This document shows positions 12,921 through 26,710 of a DNA stretch of 64,000 bases, piece by piece (positions within the stretch are counted from its first letter, which is position 1; every line of letters starts with the position of its first letter). Both the position numbers and the translations under genes were made by a program. The notes below the pieces were generated by a model, which saw only the letters and a list, made by a program, of their open reading frames with translations, did not search any database and was not told where the DNA came from. Source of the stretch: Dictyostelium discoideum (Eukaryota); contig CM000151.3 of the NCBI GenBank assembly GCA_000004695.1, positions 544,001-608,000 of the forward strand, read 5' to 3'.

Positions 12921-13799
12921 TTATCAATCCCTTAATAATATTACAAAAATTACAATTATCATCCAAACGAACAAAAAGGGATTATTCTTTTATTTTTATA
13001 AATACTCAAGTACTCTCTGTCTCTATCTCTCTCCATTGTCAATCTTTTTTTTTATTTTTTTTTTATTTTTATTTTTTTATTTAATTAAATCCACAAAGAA
13101 ATAAAAAAAAAAAAAAAAAACATTAATTGTATATTAAAAATAAATTTAAACATTTTTATATTTTTTTTGTACTATATATTTTTATTTTCTTTATTATTTT
13201 TTATTTTTTCCTGACTACTATCTTTTTCTTTTTCCTCTTCTTCTTCTTCTTCTTCTTCCATCCTTGGCCAAACTTTTGGTAATTTAATATTACTTAATGC
13301 TTAATCTTCAAATAAATTTGAAACAAATTAATTTTTTTTTTTTTTTTTTCTAAGTTGGATGGATTTGTTTCATAGCATGGCTTTCTAGGTTAAATTATTT
13401 ATTATCATTATCTTTTTTTTTTTTTTCTTTTAATAATGATTTCATATTTTCTGTTAACAAAAAAAAAAAAAAAAAAAAACTAGAGATGCCTGACATTTAA
13501 CTTAATTTAAATTAACCTGTATTTAGATTTGCTGTTAGTTTAACTTTGCATGCACAACTAAAAATAAACCTTTTTAAATATTTGTAATAACAAAAAAAAA
13601 AAAATTGAAAATTATGGGTTTGTTGTTTTTTTTATTTTTTTTTTTAGAAATAAAAAAGAAAAGTGGATGACTCTTGATTAAAAAAAAAATTCAATGTACT
13701 TCCATTAATATTTCAAATTAATTATTTTATTTTTTTACCTTTTTTTTTCTTATTTTAATAATTTTTAAAAAAACTATTAATAAATAATTGTTTTTAACT

Positions 13800-16700
13800 T
13801 TATTTTTCAAATCTTTTCATTTTGGCTAATCTTTTACTTAATTGTTTTTCCAAATTTCTTTTATATAATAAAAATGAGACAGCGCCAATAACTGAAAGAA
13901 ATACTACACCACCAACTACAGAGCCAGCAATAATGGCTGTTTTTGATGAATATTCCTCTTGATTTCCACAATTTGTTGGATTAAATTTAACCAAAACTTG
14001 AAAGTCAGGATCTATCAAACACTCCTTTGTGCAATGGGGTAATTGTAAAGCAGTGATTATTGAGTCCTTTGTTTTATTTATTACTAATGTATTTAAGAAT
14101 GTACTTCTACCATCTGATAATGCACGTGATATAATTCTACCAATTAATTGTTTTCCATTTTTTTGAATTTTAATATAATTTGAATATTGATCTTCTTGAT
14201 TATCAATATCAATTTTATTCTTATCAATTATATTACAATTATTATCATATTGAATTTCATCATTATCATCATCACCATCATAACCATTGTTATTATCTGA
14301 AACTGATGATTCAAATGTTAATTGAAGTGAATTTAATGATGTTTGATAATGATAGTTTTTAATTGAAATTGAAATTTTAATTGAATTTTCATCCAATGTA
14401 AAATTAATTCCTGCAAAATTTGAATTTCTTTTAATTTTAACTTCTTCTAATGTTGCAGTTATTAAACAATCTTTATTATTATCTGATAATATGGTTTGAG
14501 TGAAAATTAGAGCTGGATTACCTAGAGTTGATTTTTTTGTTAAATTCCAATTACCTTTTAATAAATGATTTTTAATAATAAGATTATTTTGATCAATTTC
14601 TAATAATGATAAAATATTAATTTGATAATTTGTATCTTGATTAATAATTGTTGTATCACCATTATCAGAGATTGTATTATTTGATTTTGAAGGTGGTAAA
14701 ATACTACTACAATCATATCCTTGGAATCCATTTTTACAAATACAAATTGAATTTATACAATCACCATTATTTATTGATGTGCATCTATTTATACAATTAT
14801 TATTATTATTGTTATTGTTGTTGTTGTTATTTGAAATTGGTAAATATTTATAAATATTTGTAAAATTGTATGTAGTACCATCAATGATTATTGAAATTGA
14901 TACAATTCCTTTACCAGATTGAGCTATACAATTAATCATTTCAAATGAAGTTGAATGTAATGAACATTGTTTACCACCAATATAAACTTCAAATTTTGAA
15001 GAAGAGTAACCAAAAAACCCATACAATGTTGTGTTTCCACCATTTTCAGTTGTTTCACCAATTGCTGATATTGAAATGTTGGCATATTCACATTGTACTC
15101 CATAATAGTTGTCAGAGCAAATACAACTATCAATAAAACAATATCCATTTAAACCACAATCAATAGGACAATCAGTTGGTGTTATTTCACTACAGTCATT
15201 ATTTGAATTTGGATTATTACAATCACAAATACCAGTATTATAATCACATTCACCTTCTGGGTAATTACATTCATTTGGACATTGAGGAATATTTGTAATT
15301 TTATCAATACTTAATTCATCAACATCAAATATTACTACCCTATCATCAATTATCATATATATATGATATGGACCTCCACCGCTACCACCACTACCACCAC
15401 CACTACCACCAGAAATTGCAAACCGACCAATAATTGAATGGAATGTAGTACTAATAATATCAATTTTATAATTATTGATATATATAAAAACTAGTGATGA
15501 ATTGTATGTAAAGTATTGTCCTTTAATTTCAATTTGATCTTTTGAAGTTAAAATTGAAATTGGGTTTGGTTTTGCTAATTGATACCAAGTTGATAAATAA
15601 AATAAATTATTTACTAAACTTTTTGTAAAATTAAATTCTAAAATTTTCTTTGAATAACCAAATGAATAATCTATTTCATAAATTAAATATTTTTCATTTA
15701 CAATATTATATTCTGAATCTCTAGTATAAAATTCAATATCATTAGTTTGAATTGATTCCCATTCAAACCCCAAATCACTTCCAACCAAAAATAATTTATT
15801 TGATTCAAATATAATATTTGGAATTAAAGTTTCTATTATTATTATTATTACAAGTGTTAGTTTTTATAAATAAATAAATAATTAAATTATTAATAATAGT
15901 AAGTAAAATTTACTGCAAGTATTATAAATGATCGGAACATCAGATACAGTAGAGCCAATAATATTGTTTTTAAAGCTGATATCCTTGAAATAACCTAAAA
16001 TTATATTATTTTTATTTTTAATTATTTTATTTTATTATTTTTATTTTATTTATTGATTAAAAAATAAACTTACATGTAAAACAAGAGGGTAATGATGTTT
16101 TATCTATTAGAGTACTATACATAATAAGATATCTTAAATTGCAATATGATTTATCTAGAGTACCTGTTATTGGATTGTTTGAAACATCTCTAAAATTTTT
16201 CATTAATTGTTTTTTTTTAATTAATTATATTTTCAATTTAAAAGATTGGTATTTTTTATTAATTTGAAATTTTTAGTTTTATAAAATGGAATATTTACAG
16301 TTTTTTAATATGAGAATATCTTTTACTCCACAACGGTAATGGGGATTCAATTCCATTATCTGGAAAATATCTTTTTTATTTTTAAAAAAACAAAAAAAAA
16401 AAAAAAACAAAGGGTTTGGTAAGATTATATTCAATGGTATAAAAATAATAGTAACCTTTTTTTAAATTTACTTACATAGATTCATAAAAAATTTGTGAAA
16501 AATCTGGTAAATTTAGAAAATGGCTCGATATTTTCCTTAATAATTGTAATAATAAAAAATAAAATATAAAAAAAAAAAATAAAAAAAACAAAAAAGAAAA
16601 TTTAGATTAAAATTTTGTATATATACTTATATGTATATATATAGTATAAATCAATTATTACATTATAGAATTTGAAGTATTTGATAAAATTGGATATGGT

Positions 16701-17080
16701 TTAAATGGTATAGTATTATTAAAATTGAAAAAAGGGTTATCTCCAATATTTAAATAATTCAATTTATTCAAGTGAGAAATGTTAACTATACTATTTGCAG
16801 TTAATTGGTAAAGGCTAAATTCTAAATTTTCTAGTGAATCGGATGGGAAAATAGGGAAAAAAAAATCTTTGGCACTTTTTCCAGTCACCACACTTTTTTT
16901 TTGTTTTTTTTTTTTAATGTTAGAAACTAAATTAAAATTGATTTAGATAATGTTACATTATAATTTACTTACATTTTTTTAATTTTATTGTGTGTTGAAA
17001 AGTTTAAAAAAGAATTTAAATCTGGAGAATTTAATTCGTAGGTTCTAAAACATAGTAGTTTTTTTTTTTTGAATGAATAA

Positions 17081-17113
<33 letters not shown>

Positions 17114-17688
17114 TGTTCAAAAATTGTATTAGTAATTTTAAAATTATTCAAGTTTTTTATTTTCAAATTAATACCTACATTGAAGGAATTGATACATTGG
17201 TAAGATCTGGTATTTTCTGAATATTAATCAATGTTCTTTTATATAAAAGATTTAAATCTGTTTAGTTAATATAAATAAAAATAAAATATAATAAAAACAA
17301 TTAAAATAAAAACGACGAAAACTATTAATAGTTACAAAATACCATTATCTGTATTGGGATTTAAATAATAATTATTTAAAATTTCCAAACTTTCACATTC
17401 AATTTTTCTGACTTTTAAGCATAATAAAAAAAAAAGATTTGTTTGTAATATTATTATTATAAAGATTATTACCATATAAGTCTTTTATTATAAATATAAA
17501 TAATTACACAGATGAAAAGTTTGCAAGAGAAGTGATCTTAAAAGTGAAACCACAACTATAATAATCTATAATAAGAGAAATTTTACTTGAAACACTTGGT
17601 AAAATTAAATTATTTATGTTATCAACATTGAATAAAGTACTTTGAAATTTTTTTTTTTTTTTTTAAATTAAATTGATTAGTAAACAAT

Positions 17689-17723
<35 letters not shown>

Positions 17724-18135
17724 ACTCACATTTCTGTATTATTTTTTCCTTTAAAAGATGTTATATCTGGATCAACAGAAGAGTTATCGATTTTTATTTT
17801 TTTTAGATTATAAAAACAACTGATGTGATTTGAAGTAAGTGGTGGTGAGAGACTTGGACTCTGAAAATTTCTGATTTATTTTATTTTTTTAATTTTGATA
17901 TAATCAGGATTAGATTTAATTAAATTAAATTTTTTTTTTTTTTTATTACTTACAGAGATATTAAAAAACCCCCATCACATTTAATAGAGGTCGAATTACA
18001 AAATAAAAAACTCGAGTTACCATCATTTGATACTACACTTGACATTAAATTAAAGGTTTCATACAAACTATGAATACAATCATCTTGAAATATATGAAAG
18101 ATTTATTTTTTTTTTTTTTTTTTTAGTTATTACCA

Positions 18136-18166
<31 letters not shown>

Positions 18167-18261
18167 ACATTCAGTTTCTATTAATCCATTAATTTGAATT
18201 GAATTTCCAAATCTTTGATTTAAAATTGATAAAAATAATATAATAAAATATAATTGAAATG
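13800..18261 (-). CDS. Type I transmembrane cell-surface protein with N-terminal signal peptide, plant-type LRRs, cysteine-rich/EGF-like modules, an IPT/TIG-like domain, a single TM segment and a short basic tail. It is a multi-exon gene (at least 10 small 5' exons plus a large 3' exon 15833..13800) and a divergent paralogue of the 39-53 kb cluster.
   Basis: Exon 1 (about 18261..18176) encodes the signal peptide 'MKKSFQLYFIILFLSILNQ' with donor GTAAGT. Small exons at 16200-16080 encode 'NPITGTLDKSYCNLRYL...LPSCFTC|gtaag', which matches 'ITGTIDQSWC...IPSCFSCYF' of the paralogues. ORF 16658..16891 contains LRR text. The large 3' exon holds EGF-like 'CPIDCGLNGYCFIDSCICSDNYYGVQCEY', the IPT-like block, 'LSDGRSTF', 'LPHCTKECLIDPDF', the TM segment 'IIAGSVVGGVVFLSVIGAVSFLLY' and the tail 'KRNLEKQLSKRLAKMKRFEK'. 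Confidence 0.7.
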
Positions 18262-18909
18262 ACTTTTTCATTTTCATTTTTTTTTTTTGCATTAATTCAA
18301 AAAAATTAAAAAAAGATTGATTTTGAATAAAATAAAAAAAAATATTTTATTCAAAACCAATCATTTTTTTAATTTTTTTAATTTTTTTTTTTTTTTTCAA
18401 AATCATCTTTGGATATTTTCAAATTTTATTATTTTCAAATAAAATTGATCAGAATAAATATCTGAAAAAAAAATTTTTTTTTAATTTTAATTTTAATTTT
18501 TTTAGATTTGAAATAATTAGATTTCAGAATTTAATAATATTTTTTTTTTTTAATTCGGGATTGAATTTAAAAATAAACATTATTTTGGTAATATTTTTTT
18601 TTAATTTTAAAGGAAATATTTTAATTTTTATTTTTATTTTTTTTTTAATAATTTATTTTTATTAAACGAATGTTGAAGGTTTCCACAATTCCTTCAACAA
18701 TAAATTTATTATTTTTTTTGGAAATTTTTAAAAATTTGTTTTTTTTTTATTTTTTTTTTTATTTTTTTTTTTTTTTTTTTACTTTGGATGTTTTAGAGGT
18801 TTTGAAATTGGAGATAAAGTCTTTCTTTTTTTTCTTCTCCTTTTAATTTTTTATTATATTTTTTTTTTTTTTTTGAAAAAACAAATAAAAAAAAATAAAC
18901 AAATAAAAA

Positions 18910-18944
<35 letters not shown>

Positions 18945-19063
18945 AATTTTCAGTTTTTTTTTTTTTTTTTTTTTTTTTTTTCTTCGATAACAATAGTAAC
19001 AATAATAATATTAAAATAGTTCTAATCTATTGAAGAGAAGAGATATATTGGTGTGATAAACCA

Positions 19064-19777
19064 ATGAGTACAAACTCGACACCAAGAAAGCAAAAGCTTT
19101 CCAATTCAAAATCATTACAAAATTCACCAATCTCTCCAACTGTTAAAAAAACAAATTCCTTCCCTTTAGGAAACAATATACCTACAAATATTAATAGAAG
19201 TAAAAAAGATAAAAATAATAACAGTAATAATAATATTAATAATAATAATAGTAATGGTATAGGCTCAAACACTATTATAAATTCGACACCAATTGCAACA
19301 ACACCAGTCCCACCACTTCCATTCATCCATTCATCTTCATCTTCATCTTCATCTCCATCTCCATCTTCATCTTCGTCATCACCATTTCCAAAAGCAAAAA
19401 AATCACCATCACTTTCAATTAACCAACAACAACAACAACAACCACAACAACCACAACAATCACCACAATCACAACAATCACCACAATCACAACAATCACA
19501 ACAATCACAACAACAACAACCTCAACAACCACAAGAACAACAAGAACCTTTGCCAAATTTATCGTTTTTACGAAACCAAGAACCTGATAAAAATGTTTTG
19601 CCTACATCTAGAAAACGACCACCATCTGTAATGCCTAGTACACCAAATCAATCATCAAATTCTTCATCACTGAATTCTTCATTAAATTTTTCATCATCAA
19701 ATTCTTCACCATCACCAACATCAACACAATCTAATAACAGTAGATTTGAAACAAGGAGCCAAAATGATCAATATGAA

Positions 19778-19853
<76 letters not shown>

Positions 19854-20419
19854 TAGAATGTATAGTTATTGATGATGATGATGATGATGATGATGATGAG
19901 GGTAATTCCATTAAATCAACACATACATCAACACAATCTACTCCTATACGAGATAGAAGACAAAGGGATAATAAATGGACAATAAACCCTCTCCCACAAT
20001 TTCAAAGAGAAATTATTGATGTTGATACACCTTCTCCACCAAATGAATCATTATCAATAGTTTCACAAACTACAACTAATACTATTACTGATACCACTTC
20101 AATTCAAACACCAACATTAATTCGACAATCATCATCATTATTATCATCGTCATCATCATTATCACCATCAACTACTTCAACACCATTAACTCAAAATAAT
20201 ATTAATTTACAAAACGCTCAAGTAATTGCAACAATGACAGCGCCAATGGAAATTGAACTACCAACAATTGTCCAACTTGAACCATTATTTTCTTCTGAAT
20301 TCACAACATCAACTCAAAATTTATTTATTCAAACACCACCATTTACTTCAACTTTAACTCTACCTACAACTACAGCTCAAACATCACAAACTCTTTTTAC
20401 AATCCAAACTTCACATGAT

Positions 20420-20457
<38 letters not shown>

Positions 20458-21310
20458 TAAAAATAAAAATAAAAAAGAAATTGAAAAAGAAAAAGAAAAA
20501 CTACGAGAAGCTTTAAAACAAAAATTAAAAGAATATGAGAATGAAAATGAAAAAGAAAGAGAAAAAGAGAGAAAAAGGGAAAGAGAAATAGAGATAGAAA
20601 GAGAGAGAAAAGAAAGAGAAAGAAAAGAAAGAGAAAAAGAGAGAAAAAAAGAAAAAGAGAGGGAAAGAGAAAGAGAAGAAAGAGAGAGAAAAGAAATAGA
20701 AAGAAAAGAAAGAGAAAGAGAAGAAAGAGAAGAAAGAGAAAGAAAAGAAATAGAAAGAAAAGAAACAGAAAGAAAAGAAATAGAGAGAAAAGAAATAGAG
20801 AGAAAAGAAATAGAGAGAAAAGAAAGAGAAAGAAAAGAAAGAAAAGAAAGAGAAGAAAGAGAAGAAAGAGAAAGAGAAGAAAGAGAAAGAAAGGAAAGAG
20901 AAGAAAGAGAAAAAGAAATAGAAATGGAAAGGGAAAAAAAGAAAGAAAAGGAAAAGGAAAAGGAAAAGGAAAAGGAAAAGGAAAAGGAAAAGGAAAAGGA
21001 AAAGGAAAAGGAAAAGGAAAAGGAAAAGGAAAAGGAAAAGAAAAGAAAAGAAAATGAAGTAGAAAATGAAATAGAAAAAGAAAGAAGAGAGAAAAATGAC
21101 TCATATATGGTTTTAAATTATCACCATAGTATAGATGATCATCATTCAGAATCAGAATCAGAGTCTGACTCTGACCAAGACTCAATTTATTCAATTTCAA
21201 CACAAGAATTATCTTCTGTTATTAGTGATAATGATTTTTGCGATAGTGATAATGAAAAGGTGGCAAATAATAATAGGACCGTTGGTGAAACATTTTTAAA
21301 TGATAGTAGG

Positions 21311-21342
<32 letters not shown>

Positions 21343-21554
21343 TAATAATAATAAAAAAATTGAGAATGATAAAAATCAATTAATAGAAAGAGAAAGATTA
21401 ATTAGTGCATTTAACGATAAAGCATTTCTTTATGCACTCGATACAATTCGTGAAGTATTAGGTGGTATTGATTTTAAATTAAAGGTATCAAAAGAACAAA
21501 TCATCGAAATTAGCACGAATGCTAAAAAACCTTTAAATATATTATCTGAACCAG

Positions 21555-21597
<43 letters not shown>

Positions 21598-21599
21598 CC

Positions 21600-21649
<50 letters not shown>

Positions 21650-22153
21650 ACAACAAAAACAACTACCACAACAAATAATACCACTACCACTACAGCTGAA
21701 ACTGAAAAACCAAAAGAAGTATTTTTATTAAAGAAACCAATTAAAATACCATATGGTAGGGATTGTAAAAAAAGATTGATTAGAAGATTTCATGGAACAT
21801 CACGTAATCCATTATTTCATAAAAATTTAGAATCAACTCTTAAATTATTAAAGAGAGCGAAATTCGATTGGGCAAGTATAGAATTTGATACTAAATCTTA
21901 TTTAATGAATTGTAATTGTAAAACAGTCTGTCATAAATCTGAAAGAATGAAAGATAATCCTACAAATAAACTTCAAAATAATAATAGAAATAATAATAAC
22001 AATAATAATAATATTATTAATAATAATAATAATAATAATAATAAAAATAATAATAATAAAAATAATAATAACAAAAATAATAATAGAAATAATAATTCAA
22101 TTGCAAAGAAAATTGGAACTAATAATAATAATAATAATACTACTATTATTAAA

Positions 22154-22214
<61 letters not shown>

Positions 22215-22227
22215 AAAATAATAATAA

Positions 22228-22258
<31 letters not shown>

Positions 22259-24504
22259 ACAATTGTTAAGAAAATTGAAACTATAAAAAAAGATATTAAT
22301 AAAAAACCAACCAAAACAACAACAACAACATCATCATCATCATCATCAACATCATCATCAAATAGTTTAACAGTTATAAAGAAACCAGTTAAAAAAATCA
22401 ATGGTAGTCAACGTATTTGTTTATTTGAAGATGATTTTGATGTTGGTATTGGAGTTCCAGTAACAACAGGAACATCAGAAACAACTACAACAAGAGCATC
22501 ATCAATTAGAAGGAAAATGAATATTTCAAATATTTTTGATGATTTTACAAAGAAACCAAGACAGAATAAATATAATGAAATTGAAATGCCAGATTTATTC
22601 GCATCAAAAGAGTGCAACTATACATTGGAACAACAAGCACCATTCATTAGAGCACAAAAACTATTGTTGACACAACAACATGAAAATAATTTATATAATG
22701 GTAAAAGATTTATGAAATATGATGAATGGTTAGATTTATATCATGGTGAAATGAGATCATCAATACAGAATCCAAAAGTGTTGAAACACTATATAAGTTT
22801 CTCTCAAGAGGTTTATGGCGAAGCCGAACCAACACTATTAAGACACTGGATTCATCTTGGTTTAATTAAACCAACCGATGTATTTTGTGATATTGGTTGT
22901 GGTATTGGCAATGTCTTGTTTCAATTGGCTGCTCAAGTCGGTTGTAGAGTAATAGGTGTGGAGATCAGAAAAGACCTTTATGATATCTCTCAAAGTATGT
23001 TGGAAATTTATAAAAAGCGCTCATTGGAATTAGGTTTACATCCAAGTACTCAACAAATTAAAATCTACAATTGTGATGTCAAAGGTTCACTAGAGTTTGA
23101 TTTCTCTGAACCCAATGTATTCTTTATGCACAATACTTGCTTTGGTCCGGAATTAGAGATTTCAATTATGGAATTATTTAAAAAATATTCGAAACCAGGT
23201 ACAAAAGTTATAACAATGAAAACACTTTGTCCACGTTTTAAACCTTCCGATAAAAAAACTAAACCATGGGGTATCTTTAAGTATCCCTATGAAAGTTATG
23301 AAATGGAAGAAGGTTCTTTATCTTGGAGATCCGCTACAAATTGTAGTTTTTACTCTTTTACAATCGATGATAAAGATTCTGATATTGTTACTGACCAAAC
23401 TCATTTAAATAGAGTTATATTATCAACTCCAAAGAAAAAACATTCAAAATTACAATTATTTTCATCTTCTTCATTACCATCATCACCACCGTCATCATCA
23501 TCATCATCATCACCACCAAATATTGCTACTAATACTACTACAACTACAACAACTACTACTACGACTTCCCCTTCATCAATTTCATTACCATCACCATATT
23601 TATCACCATCTAAAAAAACACCAAATAGTAATAAGAGAGACAGAAGTGATATTGATAATAGTAACTCTGATGATGGTGATGAAAATAATAATAATATTAA
23701 TATAAATAATAATAATAATAACAGTAATAATAAACCAATTAAATTGAAATTATCAATGGATCATTCAATTGATAATCAAAGTAATAGTGAAAGTAGTGAT
23801 ACTGATGTTGAATATATGCCATGGTCTAAAAGAAATAATAGAAAAAAGAGAAAATCACTTTCATATTCTTTGGATTCATATTTATCTTCTAGAATATCTC
23901 CATCATTATCTTTAAGTACCTCTTCTTCTTCCTCTTCCTCTTTAGATTCTTCTCCATATTCATCACCACCATCCTCTTCTTCTTCTGATAATGAAAATGA
24001 TGATGATAATGGTGATGATGAAGATGATTCCTCTTCATCAAATGATACTAAATTAAAAGAAAAATTACTTTTAATGAAAAATAATGAAAAGATTGGTGGT
24101 GCACCACCATTAACTAGAAGAAATGCTAATAGTGATACAAATAAATTGGTACAAGGTTGTTATCAAAGTTTATCATCTTATGCTCTTCCAAAAGAAGAGA
24201 GTCAAATTCATAAATTACAATTACAAGCTAAACTATTAGAACATAAAAACAGTTTAGTATTAAAACATCAAAAATCAATTCATGACCAACAAAAGAGATT
24301 ATCAAGAAAACAAAAAAAACTGGCAAAGAAAAACAAAAAGAAAGAACAGCAATTACAAGCTCAAGCTAAAACTATAAATTATAATAATAATAATAATAAT
24401 AATAACCAAAATGATAACCAAGTTAATCATAATAATTTGAACGAAAATGAAATTAATACTGATTTAATTAATGGTTATAATAATAATAATAATAATAATA
24501 TAAT

Positions 24505-24535
<31 letters not shown>

Positions 24536-24601
24536 GATAAGGATGATGATAAGGACAGCAACAATAAGGATTATAATAATATTAACGATAATAATAAATA
24601 A
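19064..24601 (+). CDS. dotA: DOT1-family histone H3 lysine-79 methyltransferase (1845 aa, single exon) with very long low-complexity flanks
   Basis: The catalytic core (nt about 22600-23330) reads 'FSQEVYGEAEPTLLRHWIHLGLIKPTDVFCDIGCGIGNVLFQLAAQVGCRVIGVEI' (DOT1 motif I / SAM-binding) and 'VFFMHNTCFGPELEISIMELFKKYSKPGTKVITMK' (the FxNNFxFGPE-type motif). The flanks are poly-N, poly-Q, poly-S and a roughly 200-aa E/R/K-rich block. The symbol is inferred from family plus organism, not from a database hit. Confidence 0.8.
20946..21040 (+). repeat. (GAAAAG)n hexanucleotide repeat of about 16 units, encoding (KE)n inside dotA
   Basis: Direct read. It translates to KEKEKE... at the end of the E/R/K-rich block. 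Confidence 0.9.
21553..21650 (+). repeat. (CAA)n repeat encoding a polyglutamine tract of about 33 Q inside dotA
   Basis: Direct read. Confidence 0.9.
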
Positions 24602-24652
24602 AAAAAATTTTCAAACAGAATTATTATTTATTAAAAACACAAATTTATTTAT

Positions 24653-25831
24653 TTATAACTTCTTCTTCTTTTTCTTATTTTTATTATTTGGCTTTTTTTT
24701 TGGTTGCATTGGAGGAATACCACCTAAAACGGTTGCACAAGCGGATTGGGATAATGGTTTTGGTGGATCTTGATCTAAAGCGGTTGCATAATTTAAATTT
24801 GGAGTTGAAATGGTTGCTGCAAATGATTTTGGATTTGAATATCTAATATCATTAACAGTTAATGATGTTAATAATTCAGATGGCACATCATCTTCATCCT
24901 CATCTTCATCTTCATCAACGGCGGATGATTGCTTTAAATCCATCATTGATTTTGAGTTTGGTGGTGGTGTAAAAAATGAAGGATTGAATATATTATTTTG
25001 TCTTTTATTTTGACCACCATAATCAATGTTTGGTAAAGGTTGTGCAACTGCATGTTCTTTATATACTACTGAATTAAATGATTCTTCTTCATCTGTTTTT
25101 ATTATTACTGATGATCCTGAAATATCACCACCACTTCCATTTTTATTCTTTTTATTATTATTTTCATTACTATTATTATTATTTTCATTATTATTTTCAT
25201 TATTTTCATTACTATTGTCATTATTATTATTATTATTTTCACTATTATTATTATTATTACTGTCATCATTTGGGTCAATGAATGAATCCTCATCAGGATC
25301 AATATATGGTTTTGATTTACCTTTAACTGGTAAATCTTTTAATTGTTGATTTGTTAAAACTTTTAAACCTTCAACAACGATTTTAAATGTTGGTCTATCT
25401 TTTGGATTATAAGAACAACACCATTTTGCTAAATCCATGAAAGCTCTTGGACAAGATTCTGGTGCTAAATGTTCAGCTTTCTCAAGATTCATATCGAAAG
25501 CATTCATTGGAGTTCTCTTTAATTGAGTTTTGACGACACGTGATCCACAAATTAATTCCAACAATAAAACACCATAAGAGTAAACATCACAACTGTCATT
25601 ATATGATGAACCAACGATTACTTCTGGTGACATTGTATTCTCTGATCCACAAATGGTTAAATTATTGGTATCTTTTCCATCGAAAATACGTGCAAATCCA
25701 AAATCAATAACTTTGGCTCTATATAATCCATCTCCAATCTCATCAACTAAAATATTCTTTGCTTTTAAATCTCTAAATATAACTTTTTTTGAATGTAAAT
25801 ATGAAACTAAAAATATATTTAAAAAATAGAG

Positions 25832-25863
<32 letters not shown>

Positions 25864-26406
25864 TTTAAATAATTATTAAATTAAAATTATTAATAAACTT
25901 ACATGCTGATGCAATATCTAATGCTAATTTCATTCTTAATGTCCATGAAATATTTGATACACCACGTGCTTTAATAAATTGATGTAAATCTCCACCTTTA
26001 ATATATTCTGTTACAATCATATATCTTCCTTCATGACAACATGCACCAATATATTGAACAATATTTGGATGTCTCATACCCCTATAAAATAAAATAAAAT
26101 ATTAAGATATTAGAATAAAAATTAAAAATGAAAGAAAAAAAAAAAAAAAACTTACTTTAAAATTTTAATTTCTCTTAACATAAATTTAAAATAATCAGGA
26201 TCAATTGATACTAAAGTACTTAATTGTTTAACTGCAACATCTGTACCAAAATAACTAGCTTTTTGAACTTGTCCAAATGAGCCTCTACCAATTTCTACAT
26301 CCATAAAGAGATCACTATAATCTAAACTTGAGAAATCATTTTCATCCTCTTCTTTGGTTGATTTTGGTAATCCTGTAATATCATCTTTTGAAAAATTGAT
26401 ATTCAT
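24653..26406 (-). CDS. Protein kinase of the TKL/tyrosine-kinase-like group with an N-rich C-terminal tail. Three exons: 26406..26156, 26081..25903, 25806..24653.
   Basis: Exon 1 has the glycine loop 'IGRGSFGQV' and 'VAVK', with donor aa|GTAAGT. Exon 2 reads 'GMRHPNIVQYIGAC...MIVTEYIKGGDL' with donor t|GTAAGT. Exon 3 has the catalytic loop 'VIFRDLKAKNILV', 'IDFGFAR' (DFG) and 'SPEV...DVYSYGVLLLEL'. Phases are consistent (2, 1) and the total is 527 aa. Confidence 0.8.
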
Positions 26407-26710
26407 TTTCTTTTCTTTTTTTTTTTTTTTTTTTTTTTTTTCTTTTTTTTTTATTTGTTCTTAATATCAATTGATTTATTTAAGATACTGAATGATGATA
26501 ATAATAATAAAATAAATAAAAAAATGATAATAATTATTTAGAAAAAAAAAAAAATAATAAATATTTTTTTTTTTTTATTGAATGTTTTAAAAATTTTGAA
26601 AAAAAGTAATTAGTAATTTTTTAATATAAAATAAATAAAAAAGGTGAATTTGTTTTATAAAAATTTTTTTATTATTTATAAAATAAATCAAAATATAATT
26701 ATAATTTTAT

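Noticed and set aside
19027-19631. ORFs 19027-19326 (-) and 19293-19631 (+) overlapping the dotA start
   Set aside because: They are alternative-frame or antisense readings of the S/P/Q-rich repeat coding sequence of dotA, with low-complexity products.
20421-22401. ORFs 20421-21203 (-, poly-F/L/P), 21430-21690 (-, poly-C), 21973-22401 (-, poly-L), 22101-22286 (+, poly-I)
   Set aside because: They are frame and antisense artefacts of the (GAAAAG)n, (CAA)n and (AAT)n coding repeats within dotA.
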